NCBI GenBank assembly: GCA_944323725.1 | Contig: CALUTP010000040.1 | Span: 7,041-71,040, forward strand | Length of the DNA stretch: 64,000 nucleotides | Reading direction: 5' to 3' | Source of the DNA: Candidatus Gastranaerophilales bacterium | GTDB lineage: Bacteria > Cyanobacteriota > Vampirovibrionia > Gastranaerophilales > Gastranaerophilaceae | Shown: positions 9,139-19,274 of the stretch, one piece after another | Layout of the letters: each line of letters begins with the position of its first letter | Position numbering within the stretch: the first letter of the stretch is position 1 | Made by a program: the position numbers and the translations under genes | The notes under the pieces: generated by a model | Database searches by the model: none | What the model saw: the letters and a program-made list of their open reading frames with translations, nothing else | What the model was told of the DNA's origin: nothing

Positions 9139-11751
9139 ATGCTAACCGGAAATGAAATAAGAAAGTTATATTTGGATTATTTTAAAAATAAACACCAGCA
9201 TACAGTAGTTGAAAGCTCAAGTTTAGTACCTGACAATCCTACAGTATTATTGACTACAGCTGGAATGTTACAATTTTTGCCTATATTTTTAGGTATTGTT
9301 AAATCGCCTTATGACCCAGCACGTGCAACATCTTGTCAAAAATGTGCAAGAGCAGGCGGGAAAGACAGTGACATCGAAAATGTAGGACGTACTCCAAGAC
9401 ATCATACTTTCTTTGAAATGTTAGGTAATTTCTCTTTCGGAGATTATTATAAAAAAGAAATTATCCCTTGGGCTTGGGAATTTGTAACAGAAGTTTTGAA
9501 ACTTGATAAAAATAGACTTTGGATTACCATTTTTGAAACTGATGATGAAGCATATGAAATTTGGAGAAGCGTTGGAGTACCTGCTGAAAGAATTAAAAGA
9601 AAAGGTAAAAAAGATAATTTCTGGGGCCCTCCAGGAGCATCAGGATCTTGCGGACCTTGTTCTGAAATACATTACGATTTAGGCGAGCAATATAAATGTA
9701 ATGACCCTAGAGGCTGTGGAATAGATACCTGCGAATGCGATAGATGGGTTGAAATTTGGAATCTTGTATTTACAGAATTATATCAGGATGAAGAAGGTAA
9801 TCAATCACCATTGGAAAGTAAAAACGTTGATACCGGTATGGGATTGGAAAGAATTACTATGGTATGTCAGGGGGTTGCTTCAACTTTTGAAACCGACCTT
9901 TTAAAACCAATATTGGATAAAGTTTCGGAAATGAGCGGCGTTCCTTATAAAAAATCAGAAAAAACAGATGTGTCATTGAGAATCATTACAGACCATGCAA
10001 GATGTGTTTCTTTCTTGATTTCTGACGGAGTAATTCCTGGAAATGAAGGAAGAAGTTATGTGTTGAGAATGATTTTACGTCGTGCATTACGTCATGGTAA
10101 AATTCTCGGCATGGATTTGCCATTTTTATACAAACTTGTTGACGTTGTAGTTGAAAACTACGGAGAAGCTTATCCTGATTTGGTTAAGAATAAACAAAAA
10201 ATTATTGATACAATTAAAAAAGAAGAAGAAAGATTTGCAAAAACCCTCGATAGAGGCTATAAAATGTTAGATGAATTTATAGCTGATAAAAAAGATATTG
10301 ATGGTGAGAGTGCATTCAAACTTTATGATACATTCGGATTTCCTCTTGAATTAACAAAAGAAATTGCAGAAGAAAACGGATTAAAAGTTGATGAAGCTGG
10401 TTATAAAGCAGCTATGCAGGAACAAAAAGACAGGGCGAAGTCGGCAACAGCTAAAATAAGCGTAACTGGTGATATGAAATATGCAAAATTGGAAGATGAA
10501 GTCGGGTCTACTGAATTTGTCGGATATGAAGAAAATGAGTGCGATGCCAAAATTCTTGCAACAATAGAAGGAGATGGATATGTTGATATCGTGCTTAATA
10601 AAACACCATTCTATGCAGAGTGCGGAGGTCAAATAGGTGATTGCGGTTTTATTGAAAATGAAAACCTTAAAGCAGAAGTACTTACAACCTTCAAAGTTAA
10701 CAATTTATTCGTTCACCGCTCAGAAGTAATTAATGGTGAAATTACAATAGGTGAGATAGTAAAAGCTAAAATAGATGTCCCTCGTCGTGAGCAAATAAGA
10801 CTTCACCACACATCAGCTCACTTATTACAATCAGCTTTAAGAAAAGTTTTAGGGGAAGAAGTACACCAAGCAGGTTCTCAAGTCGAACCTGATAGAATGC
10901 GTTTTGACTTTACATTCTCAAGAGCAATGACCCCTGAAGAACTTGTTAAAGTTGAAGAAATTCTAAATAACTGGGTAGCTAAAGGATTAAATGTTCATAC
11001 TGACGTAATGGATATTGAACAAGCAAAACTCACCGGTGCTACAGCATTATTTGGTGAAAAATATGATGAAGTGGTAAGAGTCGTTTCAATTGGAAATGAA
11101 ACTTGCATATCAAAAGAATTTTGTGCAGGAACTCATGCCAGAAATACTAGAGATCTTAGACTTGTAAAAATTGTATCAGAAGGAGCAATTGCAGCAGGTA
11201 CTAGGCGTATAGAACTAGCAGTCTCAAGATCAGCATTTGACTTTATGAACGCAAAAGTTAAAGAAATGGATAAACTTTCTTTGATGTTCAAGACTCACTA
11301 TGATGAAATTATAGAACGTGTAGAAAAACTTCTGGAAGAAAATAAAGAACTACAAAAAGAATTAACTGCCGCAAAAGAAGAAAATGCTAGAGCAAAATTT
11401 GCAACATTCTTATCTAAAGCTCAAGACATTGATGGTGGAAAACTCTTTATTACAAAAGTTGAAGATGTCGATGGAAATGCTCTAAAAACAGGTATAGAAT
11501 TTGCATCACAAAAACTTGGAGAAAGCATTATCGTTCTTGCTTCATCAAAAACAGTTGCAGTAAAAGTATCAGACAGTTTTGTGAAAAAAGGTGTAAATGC
11601 TGGAAAAATTGTTGGAGAAATAGCACGTTTTACCGGAGCAAACGGTGGTGGAAGACCTAATTTTGCACAAGGCGGTATAAAAGATGCTTCTAAGTTAAAT
11701 GAAATTCTAGAAAAAGTTGAAAATGAATTAAAAAATTGTCAACTTGTGTAG
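9139..11751 (+). CDS. alaS: alanine--tRNA ligase
   Basis: 870 aa. RHHTFFEMLGNFSFGDYYK, WNLVFTE, the editing-domain HTSAHLL and CAGTH motifs, and a C-terminal DHHA1-like tail. Confidence 0.97.
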   Translation: MLTGNEIRKLYLDYFKNKHQHTVVESSSLVPDNPTVLLTTAGMLQFLPIFLGIVKSPYDPARATSCQKCARAGGKDSDIENVGRTPRHHTFFEMLGNFSFGDYYKKEIIPWAWEFVTEVLKLDKNRLWITIFETDDEAYEIWRSVGVPAERIKRKGKKDNFWGPPGASGSCGPCSEIHYDLGEQYKCNDPRGCGIDTCECDRWVEIWNLVFTELYQDEEGNQSPLESKNVDTGMGLERITMVCQGVASTFETDLLKPILDKVSEMSGVPYKKSEKTDVSLRIITDHARCVSFLISDGVIPGNEGRSYVLRMILRRALRHGKILGMDLPFLYKLVDVVVENYGEAYPDLVKNKQKIIDTIKKEEERFAKTLDRGYKMLDEFIADKKDIDGESAFKLYDTFGFPLELTKEIAEENGLKVDEAGYKAAMQEQKDRAKSATAKISVTGDMKYAKLEDEVGSTEFVGYEENECDAKILATIEGDGYVDIVLNKTPFYAECGGQIGDCGFIENENLKAEVLTTFKVNNLFVHRSEVINGEITIGEIVKAKIDVPRREQIRLHHTSAHLLQSALRKVLGEEVHQAGSQVEPDRMRFDFTFSRAMTPEELVKVEEILNNWVAKGLNVHTDVMDIEQAKLTGATALFGEKYDEVVRVVSIGNETCISKEFCAGTHARNTRDLRLVKIVSEGAIAAGTRRIELAVSRSAFDFMNAKVKEMDKLSLMFKTHYDEIIERVEKLLEENKELQKELTAAKEENARAKFATFLSKAQDIDGGKLFITKVEDVDGNALKTGIEFASQKLGESIIVLASSKTVAVKVSDSFVKKGVNAGKIVGEIARFTGANGGGRPNFAQGGIKDASKLNEILEKVENELKNCQLV

Positions 11752-11812
11752 AAAAATGTTTTAAAAATCCAAGAAATTTAAATGTAGTATAAATTTTATA
11801 AAAAGAGAAATT

Positions 11813-12250
11813 ATGACAATATTAAAAATAGAAAAATTACCACATAACAAGTTTGTACCTGAATATAAAACAGAAGGTGCAGCAGGGATGGACTTATGTG
11901 CAGCAATTTCTGAGCCTATTATATTAAAACCGCTTGAAAGAGCTCTTATTCCTACAGGATTAAAAATAGAATTAGAACATGGATATGAAGCTCAAATTAG
12001 ACCTCGTTCAGGACTTTCAATCAAACATGGTATTACTCTTATAAATTGTGTAGGAACCATTGATGAGGATTATCGAGGCGAAGTTTGTATCCCAGTCGTT
12101 AATCTATCCAATGAGACTTATACAATTCAGCCTGATGAACGAATTGCGCAAATGATTATTGCAAAAGTAGAACAGGCTGTAATTGAAGTCACAACAGAAT
12201 TAACAGCAACAGTTAGAGGTTCTGGCGGATTTGGCTCTACTGGTAAATAA
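11813..12250 (+). CDS. dut: dUTP diphosphatase
   Basis: AGMDL, RPRSGLSIKHGITL, GTIDEDYRGE and C-terminal RGSGGFGSTG motifs. Confidence 0.95.
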   Translation: MTILKIEKLPHNKFVPEYKTEGAAGMDLCAAISEPIILKPLERALIPTGLKIELEHGYEAQIRPRSGLSIKHGITLINCVGTIDEDYRGEVCIPVVNLSNETYTIQPDERIAQMIIAKVEQAVIEVTTELTATVRGSGGFGSTGK

Positions 12251-12342
12251 TTAATTTTTATTACTTAATTTTTTCTCTAATCAGGCAATTTTATTTTATT
12301 ACGGATTTTACATATAATAACTTCAAATTAGGAGAAAATTAT

Positions 12343-13062
12343 ATGCCGGTAAATAAAGTCGAAAATAATATCAATACTAAAGGGAAATTAGTCAGAACAT
12401 CAATTGCTGGTGGATTTGTTGCTGGTGGATTGGCAGGATATTTTAAACCAATTATAAAAAATGGCGAAGCTAGTGATAGTTTTGTAAAAGAAATCTCTGC
12501 TTCATTAAAAAATGAAGATAATAAATTTATAATTAGAAGTGGTGAGTTATTAGAATTTATGGACTTCTTACCTAATGAAGAGCTGACGGCAAAAGAATTA
12601 GCTGAAGCAAGTGCAAAAGGAATTAACCCTTCAGAAGCTCAACTTAAAAAAGCTGCTTTTGCAAAAAATGAAATTGTTGATTTTTTAACAATACACTCTG
12701 AAGAAATCGGAATCCTTCCCGAAGAAAATCAAACATTAGAAGATGCTGTAAATGAATTTATTGGGAATAAAAATATAAAAGAAATAAAAGCTTCTGTTGA
12801 AAAAAAACTATCTGATACAATAAATAACCGTCCTCAATTAGACTACGAAGAATATGCTAAAGATTATTTCGGTAATGTATATGATAAGACTGCAAAAAAA
12901 TTCAAAACAGCAACAGAAGAAGTTACTCAAGAGCAAATTAATTTTATAAAAAAAGCTGCTAAAAATACAAAAATTAAAACTGGAGTAATATACGGGGCAA
13001 TAACAGCTGCAACTGCAGGCATTCTCACCGCTATTTTTTCTTCTGCTAAAAAGAAAAATTAA
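12343..13062 (+). CDS. hypothetical membrane-anchored protein
   Basis: Good SD (AGGAGA). N-terminal (SIAGGFVAGGLAGYF) and C-terminal (GVIYGAITAATAGILTAIF) hydrophobic segments flank a charged helical middle. No family recognised. Confidence 0.5.
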   Translation: MPVNKVENNINTKGKLVRTSIAGGFVAGGLAGYFKPIIKNGEASDSFVKEISASLKNEDNKFIIRSGELLEFMDFLPNEELTAKELAEASAKGINPSEAQLKKAAFAKNEIVDFLTIHSEEIGILPEENQTLEDAVNEFIGNKNIKEIKASVEKKLSDTINNRPQLDYEEYAKDYFGNVYDKTAKKFKTATEEVTQEQINFIKKAAKNTKIKTGVIYGAITAATAGILTAIFSSAKKKN

Positions 13063-13241
13063 TCTTTAAGTTTTGGAGCAAATACAGAAATCTTTTTTAA
13101 ACTTTCTACATCAAAATTAGTTTTAATTAAATTATCAAAAAGATTTTCCTGTTTTTCAACAGATTTTTGAGCCTGCCAGTAGTCTTTATCTAATTGAGGC
13201 AAACCTTTTGGATTTGATATATCACTATTGAAATCAACCAT
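13059..13241 (-). CDS. small hypothetical protein (60 aa)
   Basis: ORF only; its 3' end overlaps the convergent upstream gene by 4 nt. No motif recognised. Confidence 0.3.
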   Translation of the reverse strand: MVDFNSDISNPKGLPQLDKDYWQAQKSVEKQENLFDNLIKTNFDVESLKKISVFAPKLKD

Positions 13242-13338
13242 TTTAAGATTCCTTATATTTGTTATTATATAACGGATATGAAATAAAAATCTTTAAAAAT
13301 CCCTTCTATATTTTTACAATAATTAACACTTTAAAAAA

Positions 13339-15573
13339 TTAATCCCTTTTTAAATTTAAAAGCATTTCATTAGGAATAAATAAATCACTAGCCCCGCCCG
13401 TTCCTATTACAAAGATAAATTCAAGACTTTCACCTGATTCAATATCCAAACAAGTGAAAGGAATTCTTAAATCTATTACCTTATCATATACCGCTAGAAT
13501 TTCTTTCGGATTTTGTAATGCCCATAAATTATTAGGAATAGACTTTATAAGTCTCAAAAGCCTTAATTTGCAATCAGATATAGTAAGCTGTAATTCATTG
13601 TGAAATTTCTCTTTAGATACTGGTAAAATGTTTTCAGTTTTATTAATCAATCTTATAGGAGAAAGTGAGTGTTTTTTATTAGAATTTCTCGTATATACAT
13701 ACATTTGGTAGGTATTTTTAAGCAATTCAGGATTACTCTGCATAAATTCACTAATGTAAAACCGTAAATAAAGATTATCTTTATCATATCCAAAACAAAT
13801 TCTATCAAAGAACTTATTTTCTTTTATAACAGGCCCATCAGGAATACCAATACACCCTGCATTTAACCAAGAATCATCATTTTGTCTATCTAAACCATCC
13901 ATTACAGGACTAATTTCACCTTTAGGGTACCTGGAAGGTTTTGTAATAGCAGAAAGTAAAGGAATATCGAGGTAATCTGGAGTTTCTAGTCCTAGGTATA
14001 TATAAATATTTTTCAAATGTTCTCTAAAAATATAATCAAAAATATTATCCTTACCAGAATCATTCGGAGCACCATACCACCAGAACCAGTCGCTACCCTC
14101 ACAAATAAATAATTCACGCCTTGCAAGTTCTATATTTGGATTATAAGGATTCTTTTTAACATAATCAGAAAAATCATCTCTTACTTGCTTTAAATAATTC
14201 CAAGCAAGATTTTTCATCGGCTCATCTATCCATAATTTAAAATTTCTATTAATCCAAGAACCTGAAACTATTTTATTTAAAGGTTTTATTGCTCTATCTT
14301 GCTCAATATAATCACTTATAAGAACTGTTTCAAGAGAATCATCCTCATCAATAAGTTGATATAAAGTCTTTAAGAAAGTAATCCCGTCCTGCGGGTAATT
14401 TTCCCAACAATTCTCACCATCCATAGCTATTGTAAGTAGATGACTTTCATCAGGAGATGTTAAAAGTTTGCTTTGCATAACTTTTATACGATCATATAAA
14501 TCATTTGCTGCAAGTTTTGAATCATAATTTGGATACTCAAATCCAATCAAATTCGATACTAGAGAATCTCTAAATACCATTTTCAGACCATTTTTGTATT
14601 CATAAGTTTTTAAAAGATGATAAGGTTCTTCAAGATAGCTTTTGAAATCACGTACAAATTCAAAATTAATTGACTCTGCAAGAATACCATCATCAGAAAT
14701 AGTCCATTCGACACCTAGTTCTTTAAATAAATCTAATTCTTTTGGGCTTACACAATGCTCTGATGGCCAAATACCCCTAGGCCTTTTTCCGATTAATTTC
14801 TCAATCCGGTCAAGCGCAGATATTGTCTGCATTTTTGCATCAAGAGGCATCTTCAAATTTGCAGGCAAACCTTCCGTATTAGAGATTTTTACGCTTTTAA
14901 TATCCAACAAAATAGGTAATATAGGATGATAATAAGGGCTTGTTGTAATTTCTATTTTACCATCTTCAACATATTTTCTATATGCAGGAATAATTCTTCT
15001 TATAATATCTCTTTGAATTTCAATAATTTTACGTCTGTCTTCTAAAGTATAATTTTTACCTTTTTTGAAAAGTTTTTTCAGTTCAATATATTCATTTTTA
15101 TAAACAGGATCAAACCAAGCTAAATTAAATAATGCCATCAAATCAGAATATTCCTGATTTGTAAATGAAGTAATATCTGCTTCAGTCATCTGCTGGCGTT
15201 TTTGAAACAGCCTATTGTATTCATCATAAGGGAAAATCATTGTTTGATAATTAGAATCAAAAAAGTTATTAAGAATAAATTCCTTATCATCTGAATTCAT
15301 TTCTTCAACAGGAGTCACAGTTAATCTGGAATGCAAATCATGCAAACCTTTTTCACCATAATCAATAAAAGCATCCAATAAAACGGGAACAATATTAAAA
15401 TTAAGTTTTATATTTTCGAAATTATCAAGCATAGTCACCATATCAAGATAATCTTTAACAGCATGAAGCCTTACCCAAGGCATAAGATAATCACCCTCAG
15501 GAGAAAGCTGATATACAGGCTGGTGCATGTGCCAGTAGAATGCTATAGAAACTTTTTTATTATGGCTCATCAT
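13339..15573 (-). CDS. glycoside hydrolase family 57 (alpha-amylase/amylopullulanase-like)
   Basis: FYWHMHQPVY, VRLHAVKDYLDM, WPSEHCVS and AMDGENCWE are GH57 hallmarks. I start it at Met24 (MMSHNKK), since the upstream extension is hydrophobic read-through. Confidence 0.9.
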   Translation of the reverse strand: MMSHNKKVSIAFYWHMHQPVYQLSPEGDYLMPWVRLHAVKDYLDMVTMLDNFENIKLNFNIVPVLLDAFIDYGEKGLHDLHSRLTVTPVEEMNSDDKEFILNNFFDSNYQTMIFPYDEYNRLFQKRQQMTEADITSFTNQEYSDLMALFNLAWFDPVYKNEYIELKKLFKKGKNYTLEDRRKIIEIQRDIIRRIIPAYRKYVEDGKIEITTSPYYHPILPILLDIKSVKISNTEGLPANLKMPLDAKMQTISALDRIEKLIGKRPRGIWPSEHCVSPKELDLFKELGVEWTISDDGILAESINFEFVRDFKSYLEEPYHLLKTYEYKNGLKMVFRDSLVSNLIGFEYPNYDSKLAANDLYDRIKVMQSKLLTSPDESHLLTIAMDGENCWENYPQDGITFLKTLYQLIDEDDSLETVLISDYIEQDRAIKPLNKIVSGSWINRNFKLWIDEPMKNLAWNYLKQVRDDFSDYVKKNPYNPNIELARRELFICEGSDWFWWYGAPNDSGKDNIFDYIFREHLKNIYIYLGLETPDYLDIPLLSAITKPSRYPKGEISPVMDGLDRQNDDSWLNAGCIGIPDGPVIKENKFFDRICFGYDKDNLYLRFYISEFMQSNPELLKNTYQMYVYTRNSNKKHSLSPIRLINKTENILPVSKEKFHNELQLTISDCKLRLLRLIKSIPNNLWALQNPKEILAVYDKVIDLRIPFTCLDIESGESLEFIFVIGTGGASDLFIPNEMLLNLKRD

Positions 15574-15743
15574 ATAAAAACTTCTTAACTCCGTTTTCAA
15601 AAAAATTATACCATTTAAAAACAAAAAGTGGAAGAAGTTCAATATTTTTATGACATAGTGAATATTTCATCATTACTACTCAAAAAGCATGTTTGTATTA
15701 TAATATCATTGTGGAGTATTACTCAATATAAGGAAGAGAAAAT

Positions 15744-17426
15744 ATGAAAAAACTTTCACCATTACAAATCGAAAGATTAAAGTATCAGCCAAAACTTCCT
15801 GAATGTCTAGCAAAGGGCATTAATACACTGGAATTGGTTGAAGGTTCAGCGACTCAATCAGTAAGAGATCAAGAACAAATTAAAGAATTATTCAAAAATA
15901 CCTACGGCAAACCTGTCGTAACTTTTAAAAACTCAATTTCAATGACAGCATCTGAAGCTAAAAATGTCGGAGTAATTCTATCAGGCGGACAAGCTCCTGG
16001 TGGACACAACGTAATAGCTGGTCTATATGATGCTTTAAAACAAGCTAATCCATCTAATAAATTATATGGTTTCCTAGGCGGGCCATCAGGTATTATCGAT
16101 GGAAAATATATTGAATTCACAGATGAGTTCATGAATGAATACAGAAATACCGGCGGATTTGATATAATCGGTTCTGGCAGAACTAAATTAGAAACAGAAG
16201 ACCAATTCCAAAAGTCACTTGCTGTATGTAAAAAACTAGGTATCACTGCTGTAGTAATCATTGGTGGTGACGATTCAAATACCAACGCAGCTCTTCTTGC
16301 AGAATGGTTTGTTAAAAACAATACAGGTATTCAAGTTATCGGATGTCCAAAAACAATTGACGGCGACTTGAAAAATGACCAGATTGAAATTTCATTCGGG
16401 TTCGATACAGCTACAAAGACTTATGCTGAATTAATTGGAAACATTCAACGTGATGCAAATTCAGCTAAAAAATACTGGCACTTTGTAAAAATTATGGGAA
16501 GAAGTGCTTCTCATGTCGCATTGGAAGCTGCCTTGCAAACTCAGCCAAATATTACTTTAATTTCTGAAGAAGTTGAAGAAAAGAAAATGTCTTTGGAAAG
16601 TATAATTAATTACATGACAGATATCATAGTTAAACGTGCAGATATGGGTAAAAATTTCGGTATTGCAATTATCCCAGAAGGGTTAATCGAATTTATACCT
16701 GAAATGAAATCTATGATTTCTAATCTTAACGATATTATGGCATCATTAGAAACTGATCCTGACTTTGTTAATGCCACAACAATTCGTGATAAATTCGAAA
16801 TCGTTGAAAATAGATTAGAACCTGCAAATGCAAAAGTTTACAATTCACTTCCTATATTAATAAAAGGACAATTACTTGCAGACCGCGACCCTCATGGTAA
16901 TGTTCAGGTTTCAAAAATAGAAACTGAAAAATTATTAATAGAAATGATTGAAACAAGATTAGCAGAATTAAGATCACAAGGTGAATATATTGGTAAATTC
17001 TCAGCACAATCTCATTTCTTTGGATATGAAGGCAGATGTGCATTCCCATCAAATTTTGATGCTGATTATTGTTACTCATTAGGCTTCAATGCTTTTGCAT
17101 TAATTAATTTCGGTTTGACCGGATATTTATCATCTGTAAGAAATCTTACAGCCCCAGCTTCAGAATGGGTAGCTGGAGGAGTCCCTCTTACAATGATGAT
17201 GAACATGGAAAAACGTCATGGAGAAATGAAACCAGTTATTCAAAAAGCTTTAGTAAAGCTTGATGGCCCTGTATTTAAACAATTAGAAGAAAACAGAGAA
17301 GATTGGGCATTGAATGACAGATATTTATTTCCTGGAGCTATTCAATACTTTGGTCCTTCTTGTGTATGCGATATTACAACTTGCACACTTAAACTTGAAA
17401 GAAGCAAAGAATTGGTTAATGCTTAA
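15744..17426 (+). CDS. pfp: diphosphate--fructose-6-phosphate 1-phosphotransferase (PPi-dependent PFK, long form)
   Basis: GGDDSNTNA (Asp rather than the Gly of ATP-PFKs), PKTIDGDL (Lys/Gly PPi-type signature) and MGRSASH. 560 aa. Confidence 0.93.
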   Translation: MKKLSPLQIERLKYQPKLPECLAKGINTLELVEGSATQSVRDQEQIKELFKNTYGKPVVTFKNSISMTASEAKNVGVILSGGQAPGGHNVIAGLYDALKQANPSNKLYGFLGGPSGIIDGKYIEFTDEFMNEYRNTGGFDIIGSGRTKLETEDQFQKSLAVCKKLGITAVVIIGGDDSNTNAALLAEWFVKNNTGIQVIGCPKTIDGDLKNDQIEISFGFDTATKTYAELIGNIQRDANSAKKYWHFVKIMGRSASHVALEAALQTQPNITLISEEVEEKKMSLESIINYMTDIIVKRADMGKNFGIAIIPEGLIEFIPEMKSMISNLNDIMASLETDPDFVNATTIRDKFEIVENRLEPANAKVYNSLPILIKGQLLADRDPHGNVQVSKIETEKLLIEMIETRLAELRSQGEYIGKFSAQSHFFGYEGRCAFPSNFDADYCYSLGFNAFALINFGLTGYLSSVRNLTAPASEWVAGGVPLTMMMNMEKRHGEMKPVIQKALVKLDGPVFKQLEENREDWALNDRYLFPGAIQYFGPSCVCDITTCTLKLERSKELVNA

Positions 17427-17445
17427 CTAACTTTCAAAACCAAAA

Positions 17446-17477
17446 GATCATACCTATAAAAGGTATGGTCTTTTTTT
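17446..17477 (+). terminator. rho-independent terminator after pfp
   Basis: Hairpin GATCATACC-TATAAAA-GGTATGGTC (one G:U pair) followed by T7. Confidence 0.7.
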
Positions 17478-17574
17478 ATTCAATAAGTATCCATTTATAA
17501 CATAATAAACTTTTACTTGATATATAATAATACCAAGCGTACGTATTTTTAAATTCAAATCTTTTAACTTAAAA

Positions 17575-17763
17575 TTATCCCAAAAGGTTTTCTAAAATTT
17601 TAGCATTATCAACAGCTTTTCTTGACTGACTAATCGTAACTCTACGCATATACGTACGCAAAGCTTCACGAATTAATTCGCTTCTTGTACGCTGTTCATT
17701 ATTTGCTAGACCATCTACTTTGCTTAAGAATTCATCGGGCATTGTGACTAAGATTTTTGCCAT
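17575..17763 (-). CDS. ribbon-helix-helix (CopG/Arc/MetJ-type) DNA-binding protein
   Basis: MAKILVTMPDEFLSKVDGLANNEQRTRSELIREALRTYM fits the beta-strand plus two-helix RHH pattern. No adjacent toxin-like ORF. Confidence 0.75.
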   Translation of the reverse strand: MAKILVTMPDEFLSKVDGLANNEQRTRSELIREALRTYMRRVTISQSRKAVDNAKILENLLG

Positions 17764-17923
17764 TTTCTAACCCTCCATACTACCACACTCCATACATACA
17801 GTTTAACATATCTTTTAAATTTACGCAATATATCACCTGTAGAAGTAGTTTAATCAGGCTATAGACAAATTTTATTCATTTGAAATATTATTGGATTGTT
17901 ATATGAAGAAAGGAGTTTTATCT

Positions 17924-18442
17924 ATGGATGAACAGCACAATCATGATTGCTTTTTATGCGGACACCCTGTTATAAAACATATTTTGACAGGAATTCTTGT
18001 GTTTTTAGGAGCTTTTGCAGCATTTTATGTGGTAACTGACTGGCATTATAAAAGAATGCTTGACCCTATTGTCCAAATGAAAAAATTGGACAAAATGATG
18101 ATGAAAGAACAAAAACAAACTGAAAAAATGTTTGAAAACCAAGCTATTAAGGATTTTCGATTTGAAAAACGTACAGAACGCTTTATAAGAGCAGAAAAAG
18201 ATGATGATAACTATAAAATTATCATTGACTTAAAACCTTTTGATAATGATGAAAAAAATGTAGAAGTTACAACTAATGGGAATGTTTTGACAATTAATGC
18301 TGCAGGTGCAGTCAAAAAACATGGCAGAGAGCATATCCTTAGAGTATCTCAGAGTTATTCATTCAATGATGACGTTGATTTGAGTAAGTTAACTAAAATC
18401 AGAGAAGGAAATGAATATATTATTTATATTCCTATAGAATAA
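17924..18442 (+). CDS. membrane-anchored small heat-shock (Hsp20/alpha-crystallin)-like protein
   Basis: AAAGGAG SD before ATG 17924. One TM helix (ILTGILVFLGAFAAFYVV). The C-terminal DDNYKIIIDLKPFDNDEKNVEVTTNGNVLTINAAG...ILRVSQSYSFNDDVD resembles an alpha-crystallin domain. Confidence 0.5.
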   Translation: MDEQHNHDCFLCGHPVIKHILTGILVFLGAFAAFYVVTDWHYKRMLDPIVQMKKLDKMMMKEQKQTEKMFENQAIKDFRFEKRTERFIRAEKDDDNYKIIIDLKPFDNDEKNVEVTTNGNVLTINAAGAVKKHGREHILRVSQSYSFNDDVDLSKLTKIREGNEYIIYIPIE

Positions 18443-18462
18443 TTTCAATTAATCAATTAATA

Positions 18463-18495
18463 AAAGACCTGATTTTATAAAAATCAGGTCTTTTT
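18463..18495 (+). terminator. rho-independent terminator
   Basis: AAAGACCTGATTT-TATAAA-AAATCAGGTCTTT followed by a T-run. Confidence 0.75.
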
Positions 18496-18511
18496 ATGTT
18501 AATATCAAGCT

Positions 18512-18895
18512 ATGAAAAGAATTTTAATTGTCGATGATTCTCCAAATTGGGTAAAATACCATGAAAGTGCTATATTAAGTGTTATTGGAGAAACTAAAGC
18601 TATAATAGATAAAGCTTATTCAGCGAAAGAAGGTAATGATAAAATCACAGTCTCTATAGATGAGCCATATGATATAATTTTCACAGATATGCAAATGGAA
18701 ACAGATTTTTTACCATTTTACGCAGGTGAATGGTTTATCAAGCAAATCCAACTTTTTAAAGAATACAAAAATACAAAAATAATAATAATTTCTGCAACCG
18801 GTAATATTCGTCAAATTGCAGAAAAATATGGTGTAGATTTTATCCCAAAATATATGTGTAAAAAACTTGATGAATACAAAAAAGTTTTGGTATAA
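18512..18895 (+). CDS. single-domain response regulator receiver (CheY-like)
   Basis: MKRILIVDDSPNW, IIFTDMQME (phospho-acceptor Asp context) and IIISATG. 127 aa with no output domain. Confidence 0.8.
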   Translation: MKRILIVDDSPNWVKYHESAILSVIGETKAIIDKAYSAKEGNDKITVSIDEPYDIIFTDMQMETDFLPFYAGEWFIKQIQLFKEYKNTKIIIISATGNIRQIAEKYGVDFIPKYMCKKLDEYKKVLV

Positions 18896-19012
18896 ATATT
18901 AAAAATCTTTGTTACATAATTTAATATTAGTAAGTTTTTTTTAAAGTTTCATATAGTACAGACCGTAAATAAATTTGTTAAGGTTAGTTTATAAAATAAA
19001 GGAGCGTAAACT

Positions 19013-19150
19013 ATGTATAAATATACAGTCTGGCCTGGAGCTTACAGTTTTAAAGAAGAAATCAGTCTGTTCATTCTTTACTTAAAAGAGCAAATAGACG
19101 ACTTAATAAACAAGATTGAAGAAACAGAAAAAGCTATTAATCAAGATTAG
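19013..19150 (+). CDS. small ORF (45 aa), hypothetical
   Basis: Not in the ORF track (shorter than 60 aa). Strong SD AAAGGAG 8 nt before the ATG; MYKYTVWPGAYSFKEEISLFILYLKEQIDDLINKIEETEKAINQD*. A plus-strand terminator follows at 19249. Confidence 0.3.
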   Translation: MYKYTVWPGAYSFKEEISLFILYLKEQIDDLINKIEETEKAINQD

Positions 19151-19248
19151 CTTAGCTGTTTGATTAGGGTATGAAAAAGCATCTTTTAGTGTTACTAACC
19201 GCACTACTTAGCGTAAACTAAAGGAGTATATCTATGTGTTACATATTT

Positions 19249-19274
19249 GACCGGGAATAATTCCGGTCTTTTTA
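19249..19274 (+). terminator. rho-independent terminator (plus-strand orientation)
   Basis: GACCGG-GAATAATT-CCGGTC followed by TTTTT. The T-run occurs only on the plus strand, so it ends a plus-strand transcript rather than clpB. Confidence 0.6.

Noticed and set aside
15902-16321. 139-aa antisense ORF inside pfp. Similar shadow ORFs occur at 306-518, 1491-1727, 10381-10632, 14642-14929, 19285-20376, 27304-27606, 39730-40032, 42104-42334, 57853-58212 and 61777-62184.
   Set aside because: All lie entirely within, and antisense to, strongly supported conserved genes. They have no SD, biased or low-complexity composition, and no motifs. They are typical shadow ORFs.
19234-19260. 7-codon ORF overlapping a terminator hairpin, considered as a leader-peptide attenuator
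   Set aside because: There is no downstream plus-strand gene to regulate, because clpB is on the opposite strand. It is probably fortuitous or part of a small transcript.
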